NCBI GenBank assembly: GCA_046757665.1
Contig: JBHHYO010000003.1
Location: forward strand, 18,049-82,048
Direction of reading: 5' to 3'
Length of the DNA stretch: 64,000 bases
Source of the DNA: Nitrospinales bacterium
GTDB taxonomy: Bacteria > Nitrospinota > Nitrospinia > Nitrospinales > JAJDAT01
In this document: positions 29,793 through 42,436 of the stretch, piece after piece
How the letters are laid out: every line of letters starts with the position of its first letter
Position numbering within the stretch: the stretch's first letter is position 1
Translations under genes and position numbers: made by a program
Notes under the pieces: model-generated
Seen by the model: the letters and a program-made list of their open reading frames with translations, nothing else
The model's database searches: none
Told to the model about the DNA's origin: nothing

Positions 29793-30032
29793 CGGATTCC
29801 TCTGGTGGAGCGGCCTTTTCCGCTTCCGCGGTCGATTGTGGTTGAAAGCCCGTTGCGGCTTTTGCCCGCCTATCTGATTTCCCGACACTTGGCGGGGCAA
29901 ATGGATTAAACTACAAGGATTATCGTTACCCTTGGACGCTCGTCAAGGTTTTTTTCTCAGAAACCGAAAGCCGCTTGTTGCGTTCTCCAACAAAGCTTCG
30001 GTGAAAATCAATCCCCAAGGCTCGCTTGCCGG

Positions 30033-32357
30033 ATGAAAGGTCCTGTCGTTTCACTTTCAATTAAAACCCGGGTTTTGTGCTTGTTTGTGCTGACCCTGCT
30101 ACCAATGGCGGCGTATTTTAACTCCCTGCAGGGATCGTTTCAATACGACGACGCTCAGATACTCGAACAACCCTGGACTTCCGATTTCGACCATTTCCGG
30201 AGAGACGTTGTTTTTCTGTTCGGCAAAGAGGGGCTGGACTTAAGCGCAATCGCCCATCGCCCCGTCCTTCTTTTGACCTTCGTCATCAACAACGTTCTCC
30301 ATCCTCGCCAGGTTCTTGGCTTTCATTTGGTCAATCTTCTTCTCCATGTATTGGTGACGGTTTTGGTTTTCATGATTGTCGGGCTGTCAGGGGAGCTTCT
30401 TGATCGTGCCAGCGGCGCGGCGCGTGGCCAAGCAGAGGCGGCATCCCGATCCGGCGAGCAGGGAAATCCTTGCCGCTCGACGGCTATGCCGTTGACGACG
30501 GCGCTCCTTTTTGCCCTGCATCCACTGGCCACCGATTCGGTATCTTATATTTCTTCCCGATCGACGCTTCTGGCGACGTTTTTTTATCTTGCGGGCTTGT
30601 ATGCGTTTCTTCGCGTATTTTCTCTTCCAAAGGGCCGGGGCCGCTGGATTCTCCAAACCACTTTGGCGGTGGCCGTTGCCGTCTTGTACTATCTCGCCGT
30701 TGCTTCGAAACTGACGGCGGTGACGTTTCCCGTTCTGCTGGGCGTCTGGTTTGTCTTGATCGTCAGTCCCGGATGTTTTCCCCGCCTCCATGCCCGTTTG
30801 CTCAGCCCGGGGATGCTGATCGTTTATGCCATAGTACTGCTGGTTGCTTTAGGCGTGGCTCTCGGCTTCAAGCCGCGGGACAAGGGACTGGACATGTACG
30901 GACAGTGGGGCTACTTTTCGACGCAACTTAAAGTAATCTTGTTTTATTACCTGAAGCTGTTTTTTCTCCCCTTCAACCAAAACGTGGACATTGGATTTCC
31001 TTTTGCCGCCGGAACGGACCTCAAAACTCTTCTGGCCATAATGGTTCTGTCCGGCATGGTGGTTGGGGTACTGCTGAAAGGCGGCCCGTTACTCAAGGCG
31101 GGGACAGCCTGGTTTTTTCTGACCCTTGCCCCCACGTCCAGTTTTATTCCGCTGAATGACCTTGCGGTGGAACACCGGATGTACCTGCCCATGTCGCTGG
31201 GGCCATGCCTGATTGCGGGGCTTTGGGCTTCTAAAATGGCCCGGCCGCGCCGATTGTGCGTCTGGATGCTCCTTTTCCTGACGGCGGGAGTTTTGACCAC
31301 CGCCCGAAACCGGGTCTGGCTCAGCGAAATATCCCTGTGGCAGGACGCAATGGCCAAGTCGCCCTATTCTCCGCGACCCTACAATAATCTAGGGAAAGCC
31401 TACTACGAAAAAAATGAGAAGGAGCGCTCCATGGCGTTTTTCCTCAAGAGTACCCGCTTGTCTTCAAACTTCGCCGAGCCTCACTACAACCTGGCTAACG
31501 TCTACATGGATTTGAACCGTTTTGCGGATGCCGAGCGGGAATACCAAACCGCTATCCGCTTGGACCCGGAATATTACGCCGCCTACCTGGGTTTGGGATC
31601 GATCTATAACCAAACCGGACGATACGAAGAAGCTGTTAAAAATTACCACCTGGCCAACGACGCCTGGAAACTTTACCGACCGGGCAACTATGCTTTGGCA
31701 AAACTAAACCTGGGCGAAACTTACGGTAAACTTGGCCGTCTCGAAGAGTCCATAAAAGAATCGCGGCAGGCCCTGGACGTTTTCCCAAAAATGCACAAAG
31801 CATATTTCAACCTGGGAACGGCATACATGAAGCGGGGCGACCTCGAAAACGCCGAGCGATCTTTCCTCGCCTGTCTGGATATTAACAGCGATTTTGAGCA
31901 AGCCCAGTTCAACCTGGCTCATCTTTTTCAGTTGAAAAAAGACTGGGGAAAATCAATCCAATGGTTCGAAAAATTTTTACAAACCCAGGGGCCCGATGCC
32001 AAGGCGTATTTTGGAATTGCCTGGAGTTATCAACAAATGAAGCAGTGGGCTCAAGCCCGAATGTTCTATGAAAAAGCCCTCACCGCCAGGCCGGATTATC
32101 TGAGCGCCCAAATCAATTTGGCTAACGTGTATATTCAACTGCAACAGTTCGACCAGGCCCTGGCTCATTTTGCCAAGGCCCTGGAGCAACAACCGGGACA
32201 GTTCCGGATTCACGTTCAGATGGGACTTCTGTACTGGAAAACCAGGCAGGATAAAATCAACGCCAGGGCTCATTTCAAAAAAGCCCTTGAACTAGCTCCC
32301 GGAGCCCCAGAACAAAAACAGGTGGCCCAACTGATCCGGGCTTTATCGCAATCGTGA
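30033..32357 (+). CDS. TMTC-like GT-C glycosyltransferase with C-terminal TPRs
   Basis: FQYDD, FHLVNLLLH, HPLATDSVSYISSR, EHRMYLP, then TPR repeats. Confidence 0.8.
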   Translation: MKGPVVSLSIKTRVLCLFVLTLLPMAAYFNSLQGSFQYDDAQILEQPWTSDFDHFRRDVVFLFGKEGLDLSAIAHRPVLLLTFVINNVLHPRQVLGFHLVNLLLHVLVTVLVFMIVGLSGELLDRASGAARGQAEAASRSGEQGNPCRSTAMPLTTALLFALHPLATDSVSYISSRSTLLATFFYLAGLYAFLRVFSLPKGRGRWILQTTLAVAVAVLYYLAVASKLTAVTFPVLLGVWFVLIVSPGCFPRLHARLLSPGMLIVYAIVLLVALGVALGFKPRDKGLDMYGQWGYFSTQLKVILFYYLKLFFLPFNQNVDIGFPFAAGTDLKTLLAIMVLSGMVVGVLLKGGPLLKAGTAWFFLTLAPTSSFIPLNDLAVEHRMYLPMSLGPCLIAGLWASKMARPRRLCVWMLLFLTAGVLTTARNRVWLSEISLWQDAMAKSPYSPRPYNNLGKAYYEKNEKERSMAFFLKSTRLSSNFAEPHYNLANVYMDLNRFADAEREYQTAIRLDPEYYAAYLGLGSIYNQTGRYEEAVKNYHLANDAWKLYRPGNYALAKLNLGETYGKLGRLEESIKESRQALDVFPKMHKAYFNLGTAYMKRGDLENAERSFLACLDINSDFEQAQFNLAHLFQLKKDWGKSIQWFEKFLQTQGPDAKAYFGIAWSYQQMKQWAQARMFYEKALTARPDYLSAQINLANVYIQLQQFDQALAHFAKALEQQPGQFRIHVQMGLLYWKTRQDKINARAHFKKALELAPGAPEQKQVAQLIRALSQS

Positions 32358-32376
32358 ACAAATCGCACCCAACGCC

Positions 32377-34302
32377 ATGCTAGGTATGCCCGCGAAAAAG
32401 TTTTCCGCCATGCTCATCCTTGCCGGCCTGGCGTTTCTGGGGTACTTGGGAACCCTGCACTCTCCGTTCCTATATGATGACGCACACGCCATTGTTCATA
32501 ATCCCCACATTCAGGAACTGGAGAAGTTTCAGGAAACCGTCGGCATCGGCAACATTCTCAACCGCTCCTTCGTGTTGCTGACCTATGCGTTGAATCGGGA
32601 ACTCGGCAGGCTGGACGTTTTCGGTTATCATTTGTTCAATCTGGCGCTTCACGTTTTCGTGGGTATCGTTCTGTTCTTCCTGACCGCGGAACTACTGCGC
32701 CTGGAACCGCCCGAACGCCGAGGCCGATTACAAAACCTGCCGCTCCTGGTTTCGGTCATCCACGTGTTCAACCCCATGGCCGTGGAATCGGTCACCTATC
32801 TTTCCAGCCGGTCTTCTCTTCTGGCAACCTTGTTTTTCCTGTTGTCGTTTTATTATTGGGTACGTTTTTTGGGGCCGGATGCCGAAGTCCGGCTCTCGAA
32901 AGAAAATTTTTACTGTCTGCTCCTGATCGGCGGATTTTTTTTCCTGGGTTGCGCCAGCAAGGAAACCATCGTCACCATGCCTCTCATGGGCGTTGTGTAT
33001 CTTTGGCTCAAATCTCCGGGCTTGCCAACCGGCAAGAGCCGGACCGCCGGGATATTTATTCTGCTACCCCTTGTTCTCTATCTCGCCTACCGGACGGCCA
33101 TGACAGGGAATCCTTTCGCCCTCCCCGCTGACTCGTCTTCCCATACCATGGACAGAGTCCTTTACCTTTTTACCCAGGCCGGGGTCATGGTTTTCTATTA
33201 CGGATTGAAGTTACTGCTACCGGTCAACCTGAATTTTGAACCGGACTTGAAAATGGTTTCAGGAGCGGCGGACCCGGTGTTTCTGGCGGCGGTTGGTGTC
33301 ATTCTGCTGATTGGCTGGTACGGTTGGCGTCAGGAATCCCGCCTGGTTCGGTTTGCCCTGATCTGGATGTTAGTGACCGTTTTGCCGACCTCGAGTTTTA
33401 TTCCCCTCAAACAGTTGGCGGCCGAGCACCGCGCCTACCTCCCCGGCCTCGGTCTCAATATCCTGGTCGGCGTCTGGTTTTTAAACTGCGCCCACCGGAC
33501 TTCCTGGATAAAACCTTTGGCGCTCTGCTTTCTTGTGTTGATGTCTACCCTGACCGTTTTCCGGGGACTGGATTACCGGACGGCGGTCTCACTTTGGCGG
33601 GACACCGCAAAAAAATCTCCCGGAAAAGCGCTGGTGCATAATAACCTCGCCACTGTCTTGATCGACGAAAATTTATATGACCGGGCGTCGAAGGCCATTG
33701 AAACCGCGTTGAGTCTGGACCCCCAATTCACCCTGGCTCTTAACAACCAGGGTCATATGTATTTCAAAATGGGCCGATTTGAGCAAGCTCGGGAAGTATT
33801 CGACAAACTCATATTTTTTGGCGCTCAAGATGCGAACACCTATTACAACGCCGGGATGGCCCGCGTACGGCTGGGTCAAACCAGGGAAGCCCTCCCCTTT
33901 TTCCAAAAAGCCGTGGCAATCGACCCCGATTCCGCCGCCTTTCGATTTAGCTTGGGGAATGCCTATAAAAAAGAAAAACTCTACGACCGGGCTCTGAAAG
34001 AATTCAAGCTGGCCTTGAAATACCAGCCGAATTATCCCGACGCCATTAATAACATCGGAGTGATCTTTTGGGAGCTAAAATCTTTTGAATTGGCGGCGGC
34101 GGAGTTTCGACGAGTTCTCGCCATTCAAAAAAACCATATGGGAGCTACTAAAAACCTGGCGTCGGTCTATATGTTGCTGGGAAAATACCGGGAAGCCATT
34201 CCCTATATTAGGCGCTCTATCGCCCATGACCCGGAAGATGCCAATGCCAGGGGTTTGCTTCATATCGCGGAAACCTTGCAACACGAGGAACCGCCCGGTT
34301 GA
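32377..34302 (+). CDS. Second TMTC-like GT-C/TPR protein
   Basis: FLYDD, YHLFNLALH, ESVTYLSSR, SKE, EHRAYLP, TPR repeats. Confidence 0.8.
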   Translation: MLGMPAKKFSAMLILAGLAFLGYLGTLHSPFLYDDAHAIVHNPHIQELEKFQETVGIGNILNRSFVLLTYALNRELGRLDVFGYHLFNLALHVFVGIVLFFLTAELLRLEPPERRGRLQNLPLLVSVIHVFNPMAVESVTYLSSRSSLLATLFFLLSFYYWVRFLGPDAEVRLSKENFYCLLLIGGFFFLGCASKETIVTMPLMGVVYLWLKSPGLPTGKSRTAGIFILLPLVLYLAYRTAMTGNPFALPADSSSHTMDRVLYLFTQAGVMVFYYGLKLLLPVNLNFEPDLKMVSGAADPVFLAAVGVILLIGWYGWRQESRLVRFALIWMLVTVLPTSSFIPLKQLAAEHRAYLPGLGLNILVGVWFLNCAHRTSWIKPLALCFLVLMSTLTVFRGLDYRTAVSLWRDTAKKSPGKALVHNNLATVLIDENLYDRASKAIETALSLDPQFTLALNNQGHMYFKMGRFEQAREVFDKLIFFGAQDANTYYNAGMARVRLGQTREALPFFQKAVAIDPDSAAFRFSLGNAYKKEKLYDRALKEFKLALKYQPNYPDAINNIGVIFWELKSFELAAAEFRRVLAIQKNHMGATKNLASVYMLLGKYREAIPYIRRSIAHDPEDANARGLLHIAETLQHEEPPG

Positions 34303-34341
34303 AAAGCGATAGAAGATTGTGATAGTTTTGGTGGCAAACAT

Positions 34342-34425
34342 GCCGAAGTGGTGAAACTGGTAGACGCGCTGGACTCAAAATCCAGTGGGGGCAACCCCGT
34401 GTCGGTTCGACTCCGACCTTCGGCA
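34342..34425 (+). tRNA. tRNA-Leu(CAA), CCA not encoded
   Basis: GCCGAAG/CTTCGGC acceptor stem, CTGGA-CTCAAAA-TCCAG anticodon arm, long variable arm, GTTCGA T-loop. Confidence 0.95.
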
Positions 34426-34434
34426 CTTTTCAAA

Positions 34435-34593
34435 GAGAGCTTTGCATAAGTCGAGATTCCTCGGCATCCCTGGAGTCATCGCGAGCCGCGACAAGCGGCG
34501 TGGCGATCCAGCCGGGCCACGCCCGGGGCGCTTTTCTGGATTGCTTCGCCTCCGCGCAATGACAATCAACCAAGGATATTTATGCAAAGGTTC
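34435..34593. repeat. MITE/REP-like repeat family 1, copy C (reverse, both terminal IRs)
   Basis: gagctttgcataa ... ttatgcaaaggttc flanking the reverse-complement core. Confidence 0.88.
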
Positions 34594-34968
34594 CTTCCCG
34601 CGGGCGTTGCCCGCCCCTGTCATGGTGAGCCAGTCGAACCATGACACCCATTGCGCTTTTCGATGTTTGATTGCAGTCAAAAGTTCAGCCCACTTCCCGC
34701 GGGCGTTGCCCGCCTCCGGTCTCCGTTTTTTGTCCCTCATATATAGCGCCAGGTGCAGGTATGCGGTTGCAATAGCCTTTTTGTTCCGGCGGGTTGACGA
34801 GGCATAGGGGGGAGGTATCGGCCCGGATTTTGATATGCCGTCCGCCTTTTGCCGCTTTATTTTTTCGCGGTTTTGGGCTATTTTGATGTTCACGGCGGCA
34901 TTTGCCGGTCACGAGCCGTGATGCGCCTTGCGTATTCACAAAATTTTCAACGAGATCCGTCACGAGTC

Positions 34969-36987
34969 ATGAACCATTCCGCACCCGCGAAAACCCGCAA
35001 CCCGGAGCCGTCCGCCGATCCCCTTGCCATCAGCGAGGCGGCAGGCCGCGGTCCGAACGCGGAAGCGCTGGACCGCGCCATCGACCGGTCGCGCCGCTTT
35101 CTGCTTTCCCAACAGGATGAGGACGGATTCTGGGTTGACGAACTGGAGGCCAACGCCACCATTACCGCGGAGCTGGTGTTTCTCATGCACTTCACGGACC
35201 GGGTGGACCTGGAAAAGCAGAAAAAATGCGTCCGCTACCTTCTTCATCAACAGCGGGCCGACGGCAGTTGGGCGCTTTTCCATGGCGGCGCGGGCAACGT
35301 CAGCACCACCGTCGAAGCCTACATGGCCTTGAAAATCGCCGGCAAGCCTCCGGACCGGCCCGAAATGGCCCGGGCGCGAGAGTTCATTCTGGCCAGCGGC
35401 GGCATCAAAAAAACCCGCGTCTTCACGAAAATCTTCCTCGCCATGTTCGGACAGATTTCCTGGAAATGGCTCCCCGCCATGCCGGTGGAGTTCACCCTGT
35501 TGCCGAACTGGTTTTTCATCAACATTTATGAAATGTCGAGCTGGTCACGGGGCGTCATCGTTCCCCTGCTCGTGGTTTACGCGCACCAGCCCGTGCACCG
35601 CCTCGAGGACGACCGGGGCGTCCGGGAACTGTTTACGGAAAACGACCGCGACCTGTCGATCCCCTACAGCGGCACGGGGCTTTCGTGGCGCAACTTTTTT
35701 GTTTTTCTCGATGGCGTCATCAAGTTTCTCGGCAAATCGCCCTGGAAACCACTGCGCCGCCGGGCGCTGAAAAAAGCCGAGCAATGGGTGCTGGACCACC
35801 AGGAGGAACAGGGCGATTGGGCGGGCATCCAGCCGGCCATGTTCAACGCCGTCCTGGCCCTGCACTACCTCGGCTATCCCAAGGACCATCCCGCCCTCGT
35901 CAAGGGTTTCGAGGCCATCGACCGGTTCATCATCGACAAGGGCGACCACCTGGTGATGCAATCGTGCATTTCGCCGCTGTGGGACACCGCCATCGCCTGC
36001 AACGCGCTGATGGACGCCGGTTTGCCCGCCGATCACCCGGCGCTGGTCAAATCGGGTCAATGGATGTTCAGCAAGCAGGTGGTCAAGCCGGGCGACTGGA
36101 AAATCAAAAACCCGCATACCGAACCCGGCGGCTGGGCGTTTGAGTTTTTCAACGAGTGTTACCCGGACACCGACGACACCGCCGAAATACTGATGGCCCT
36201 GCACCGCATCGAGAATCGGGATACGCGCTTCAAGTTAAGGGAGTTTCAGCGGGCCTTGACCTGGCTACTCAGTATGCAAAGCAAAAACGGCGGCTGGGGG
36301 GCCTTCGACCAGGACAACGATCTGGAACTTTTAAACAAGATTCCCTTCGCCGACCATGGCGCCATGCTCGACCCGCCAACGGCGGACGTGACCGGGCGCA
36401 TCCTCTGGTTGCTGGGAATCCTGGGTTACAAAAAGGAACATCCGCAAGTCCGGCGAGCTATCGCCTTTGTCAAGCGCAACCAGGAAGCCGACGGCAGTTG
36501 GTACGGCCGGTGGGGCGTCAACTATGTTTATGGAACCTTCCTCGCGCTGACGGGACTGCGCTCGATCGGCGAGGCCATGGACCAGGCTTTCGTCCGCAAG
36601 GCGGTTGACTGGCTCGAGGCGCACCAGAATGAAGACGGCGGCTGGGGGGAAACCTGCGACACCTACGAAGACCCCAGCCTGCGCGGCGCCGGCGCAAGCA
36701 CCGCCTCGCAGACCGCCTGGGCCGTCATGGGACTGCTGACCGCCGGGCAAGCCAACGGCGAACCGGCGCGCCGCGGCGTCGAATACCTGATCGCCCGGCA
36801 AAACGAGGCCGGCACCTGGTGGGAAGACCAGTTCACCGGCACCGGCTTTCCGGTCCACTTCTTCATCAAATACCACATGTACCAGCACTATTTCCCGCTG
36901 ATGGCCCTGGCCCGCTACCGCGCCGCCATTCGCGACGGCGCCGTCGAACCGAGAAAAAAACCACACGACGAAAAAAAGTCTGTTTGA
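34969..36987 (+). CDS. shc: Squalene-hopene cyclase
   Basis: DTDDTA catalytic motif, QW repeats (QxxDGSW/GGW), SPLWDTA, GTGFP. Confidence 0.96.
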   Translation: MNHSAPAKTRNPEPSADPLAISEAAGRGPNAEALDRAIDRSRRFLLSQQDEDGFWVDELEANATITAELVFLMHFTDRVDLEKQKKCVRYLLHQQRADGSWALFHGGAGNVSTTVEAYMALKIAGKPPDRPEMARAREFILASGGIKKTRVFTKIFLAMFGQISWKWLPAMPVEFTLLPNWFFINIYEMSSWSRGVIVPLLVVYAHQPVHRLEDDRGVRELFTENDRDLSIPYSGTGLSWRNFFVFLDGVIKFLGKSPWKPLRRRALKKAEQWVLDHQEEQGDWAGIQPAMFNAVLALHYLGYPKDHPALVKGFEAIDRFIIDKGDHLVMQSCISPLWDTAIACNALMDAGLPADHPALVKSGQWMFSKQVVKPGDWKIKNPHTEPGGWAFEFFNECYPDTDDTAEILMALHRIENRDTRFKLREFQRALTWLLSMQSKNGGWGAFDQDNDLELLNKIPFADHGAMLDPPTADVTGRILWLLGILGYKKEHPQVRRAIAFVKRNQEADGSWYGRWGVNYVYGTFLALTGLRSIGEAMDQAFVRKAVDWLEAHQNEDGGWGETCDTYEDPSLRGAGASTASQTAWAVMGLLTAGQANGEPARRGVEYLIARQNEAGTWWEDQFTGTGFPVHFFIKYHMYQHYFPLMALARYRAAIRDGAVEPRKKPHDEKKSV

Positions 36988-37103
36988 TTGTCATTGCGAG
37001 GCGGCAACCGAAGCAATCCAGAAAGGATCATTCCCACCGGGCGTGGCCCGGCTGGATCGCCGCGACACCGGAGCGGTAAAGTTTCGGGTTAGGCAAAGGT
37101 CTC
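36980..37103. repeat. MITE/REP-like repeat family 1, copy D (overlaps shc stop codon)
   Basis: tgtttgattgtcattgcgagg...gaagcaatccagaaagg...ggctggatcgcc...ttaggcaaaggtctc. Confidence 0.85.
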
Positions 37104-37105
37104 TT

Positions 37106-37660
37106 TTAGAAGTGGCGCAACATTTCCACGGCGAACCGGGTGCGGTTCAGCGGTTCCGTGGCCGACGCGATGACCTCGCCGGTCGCAATATCCACCATGA
37201 CCAGCTGGACGTCCAAGTTGGTGCCCAGGTCGGTGATCTTGCCGTTGACCAGGGCTTGCGCCTTGAGGGCTTCGCCGATTTCCCGGGTTTCCTCCTTGGC
37301 GTAAAACAGCGCTGGTTGCAGGTCGAGCCGAGTCAACACCTCCTGCACCTCGCCTTTTTGCGCGACGCGGAACGACTGGTCATGCGTTATTTCCTCCACC
37401 AGCCGCTGGGCGAAATAACTGCCCAGGATCGGCGTCCGGTCCTTTTCGTCCACCAGGTCGATCACCGCCACCTTGTTGATCTCGTATTCCTCCACTTTCC
37501 CGGCGAGTTTTTTCACCAGAATGCGCGCCCGGTTGCGGTAGTATTCCGAGTCGCTTTCCGACTTGAAAACATTTTTCACCAAGTTGGAAGGCGCCATGTA
37601 AACCTCACAGGCGGAAAGAAAAATGAAGGCGGTCAGGGCGAAAAGAAATTTGGTTTTCAT
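37106..37660 (-). CDS. FlgO/CsgG-like lipoprotein
   Basis: Lipobox FLSA-C; VAVIDLVD, LGSYFAQRL, GKITDLG, MVDIATGEVIASA. Confidence 0.7.
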   Translation of the reverse strand: MKTKFLFALTAFIFLSACEVYMAPSNLVKNVFKSESDSEYYRNRARILVKKLAGKVEEYEINKVAVIDLVDEKDRTPILGSYFAQRLVEEITHDQSFRVAQKGEVQEVLTRLDLQPALFYAKEETREIGEALKAQALVNGKITDLGTNLDVQLVMVDIATGEVIASATEPLNRTRFAVEMLRHF

Positions 37661-37720
37661 AAGGGTCCCGGTTGTTCGTTGGCTGAATTGAGATGCACGT
37701 TTCATGTCGAATCTGATTAA

Positions 37721-37737
37721 TGCAAAACAAATGCCAA
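37721..37737 (-). promoter_or_regulatory. sigma54 -24/-12 promoter
   Basis: Minus strand TTGGCAT-TTGTT-TTGCA about 60 bp upstream of the lipoprotein ATG. Confidence 0.7.
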
Positions 37738-37931
37738 AGACCAGCCCGCAATCGCCCCTAGCCCAATCATCATAACTTATTGTAAAATAATGTGTTATTT
37801 TTTAGTTCGAGAAGAGGCTCCGGGATGCCGATGGCGGTTTTTTCCGCATCGCCCTGCAAATTTCTCCCTAAAGCCAAAAGTTTGACGAGCGGCACGGGCG
37901 ATTGATGGGGACAGTGGAGCGCAGTTGCGGG

Positions 37932-40339
<2,408 letters not shown>

Positions 40340-40340
<1 letters not shown>

Positions 40341-41587
40341 CAGCTGGCCTGTTTTTGTTTGGTGAAGAGCAGGATCGGTTTTTCGCTGTGCAAAATCACT
40401 TCCTCGGTAATCACCACTTCGGCGATATCCTGGCGCGAGGGCAGTTCGTACATGGTTTCCAGCATGGCCTCCTCGAGGATGGAGCGCAGACCGCGGGCTC
40501 CCGTTTTGCGCTCGTAGGCCTGCTCGGCAATGGCCCGCATCGCGCCGTCGGTGAATTTCAGCTTGACCTGCTCAAATTCAAACATTTTCTGGAATTGCTT
40601 GATGAGAGCGTTTTTCGGTTTGCTCAACACCTCAATCAAGGCTTCCACGTTCAGCTCGTTCAAAGTGGCGACAACCGAGAACCGGCCGACGAATTCCGGG
40701 ATCAAACCATATTTCAACAAATCCTCGGCCTGAACTTTCACCAGGGTTTCGCCGATGTTTTTCCGGTCGCGCGCCTTGATTTCCTGGCCGAATCCCATGG
40801 ATTTTTTACCGATCCGGTTGCGGATGATCCGCTCCAGGTCCACGAACGCGCCGCCGCAGATGAAGAGAATATTGGTGGTATTGACCTGCAAAAACTCCTG
40901 ATGGGGGTGCTTGCGGCCGCCCTGCGGAGGAACGCTGGCGTTGGTTCCCTCGATGATTTTCAGCAGGGCCTGCTGTACGCCTTCACCGGAAACGTCCCGC
41001 GTGATGGAGGGGTTCTCGGATTTGCGGCTGATCTTGTCGATCTCGTCAATATAAATGATGCCGCGCTCGGCCTTTTCGACGTCGTAGTCGGCGTTCTGCA
41101 ACAATTTCAGGATGATGTTCTCCACATCCTCGCCGACGTAGCCCGCCTCCGTCAGCGTTGTGGCATCGACGATGGTGAAGGGAACGTCAAGAATCTTCGC
41201 CAGGGTCTGCGCCATCAAGGTTTTGCCGGAACCGGTGGGGCCAATCAGCAAGACGTTGCTCTTTTGCAGTTCCACATCCTCCAGATCGATTCCCGAATCG
41301 ATCCGCTTGTAATGGTTGTGCACGGCTACGGAGAGAATTTTTTTGCACCGTTCCTGGCCGATGACATACTGGTCCAGGTGTTTGTAAATATCCTTGGGTT
41401 TGGGAAGATGCTTGAAATCCTCCTTTTTCTCCTGGGCCCATTCCTCGATCATCACCTCATTGCAGAGTTCGATGCACTCGTCGCAAATATAGACCGTAGG
41501 TCCGGCTATCAGCTTTTTGACTTCCTCCTGGCTTTTGCCGCAAAAGGAACATCGATAGTTCCCCGAACCGGCGCTTTTTTTTGCCAT
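40340..41587 (-). CDS. clpX: ClpX ATPase
   Basis: CSFCGK..CDEC zinc finger, [24 protein letters not shown]. Confidence 0.98.
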
Positions 41588-41667
41588 TTATGCCCCCCAA
41601 GCCATGTTGAAAAATGGTTTCATGGTATTAACAATTCCTGCCGCTTGTCGATCAGTCAAAGGACTCT

Positions 41668-42297
41668 TCAATTTTTTTCGGACTTTGCCGACGGCGTTTC
41701 GTCCCTGCGGGCGATCACGTTATCGATGAGGCCGTATTTCTTTGCCTCCTCGCCGGTCATGTAGTTATCGCGTTCCGTATCCGTGTGGATTTTTTTCGGG
41801 TCCCGCCCGGTATGCTTGGCAAGAATGGTATCGAGCGCGTTACGCACCTTGGAAATCTCCTTGGCCTGAATCTCGATATCGGAATGCTGGCCCTGAAAAC
41901 CTCCGGAAGGCTGATGGATCATGATCCGGGAATTGGGCAGGGCAAAACGTTTGCCCTTGGCTCCCGCCGCCAGAAGCAAGGCGCCCATGCTCGCCGCCTG
42001 GCCGATACAAATGGTTTGCAAGTCCGGCTTGATATACTGCATCGTATCATAAATCGCCAACCCCGAGCTGACGTTGCCGCCCGGACTGTTGATATAAATG
42101 AAAATATCCTGCTCCGGTTCGTCCGATTCCAGAAACAGGAGTTGAGCAATAATCAGATTGGAAATGTGATCATCAATGGCGGTCCCCACAAAGATAATCC
42201 GGTCTTTAAGCAAACGTGAGTAAATGTCATAAGAACGCTCCCCCCGGCTGGTCTGCTCGACCACCATGGGGATTAATTGGTTGTAAGTATTGCTCAT
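41668..42297 (-). CDS. clpP: ClpP protease
   Basis: [29 protein letters not shown]. Confidence 0.98.
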   Translation of the reverse strand: MSNTYNQLIPMVVEQTSRGERSYDIYSRLLKDRIIFVGTAIDDHISNLIIAQLLFLESDEPEQDIFIYINSPGGNVSSGLAIYDTMQYIKPDLQTICIGQAASMGALLLAAGAKGKRFALPNSRIMIHQPSGGFQGQHSDIEIQAKEISKVRNALDTILAKHTGRDPKKIHTDTERDNYMTGEEAKKYGLIDNVIARRDETPSAKSEKN

Positions 42298-42436
42298 AGG
42301 CCTCTCGTGTTGGGGTGTCTGGGGGAAAAATGCTTCGGGCGGCGAACGCCGTCCCGGGAAACCGGCGGAATCCGCGGAATCACTTTTACGGCTAACTCTT
42401 TAAAAATCAACTTAATCAATGGGTTTGACCTCTCAT

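Noticed and set aside
34342..34720. Integrative element at tRNA-Leu(CAA)
   Set aside because: No integrase or duplicated tRNA 3' end seen; only short repeats follow
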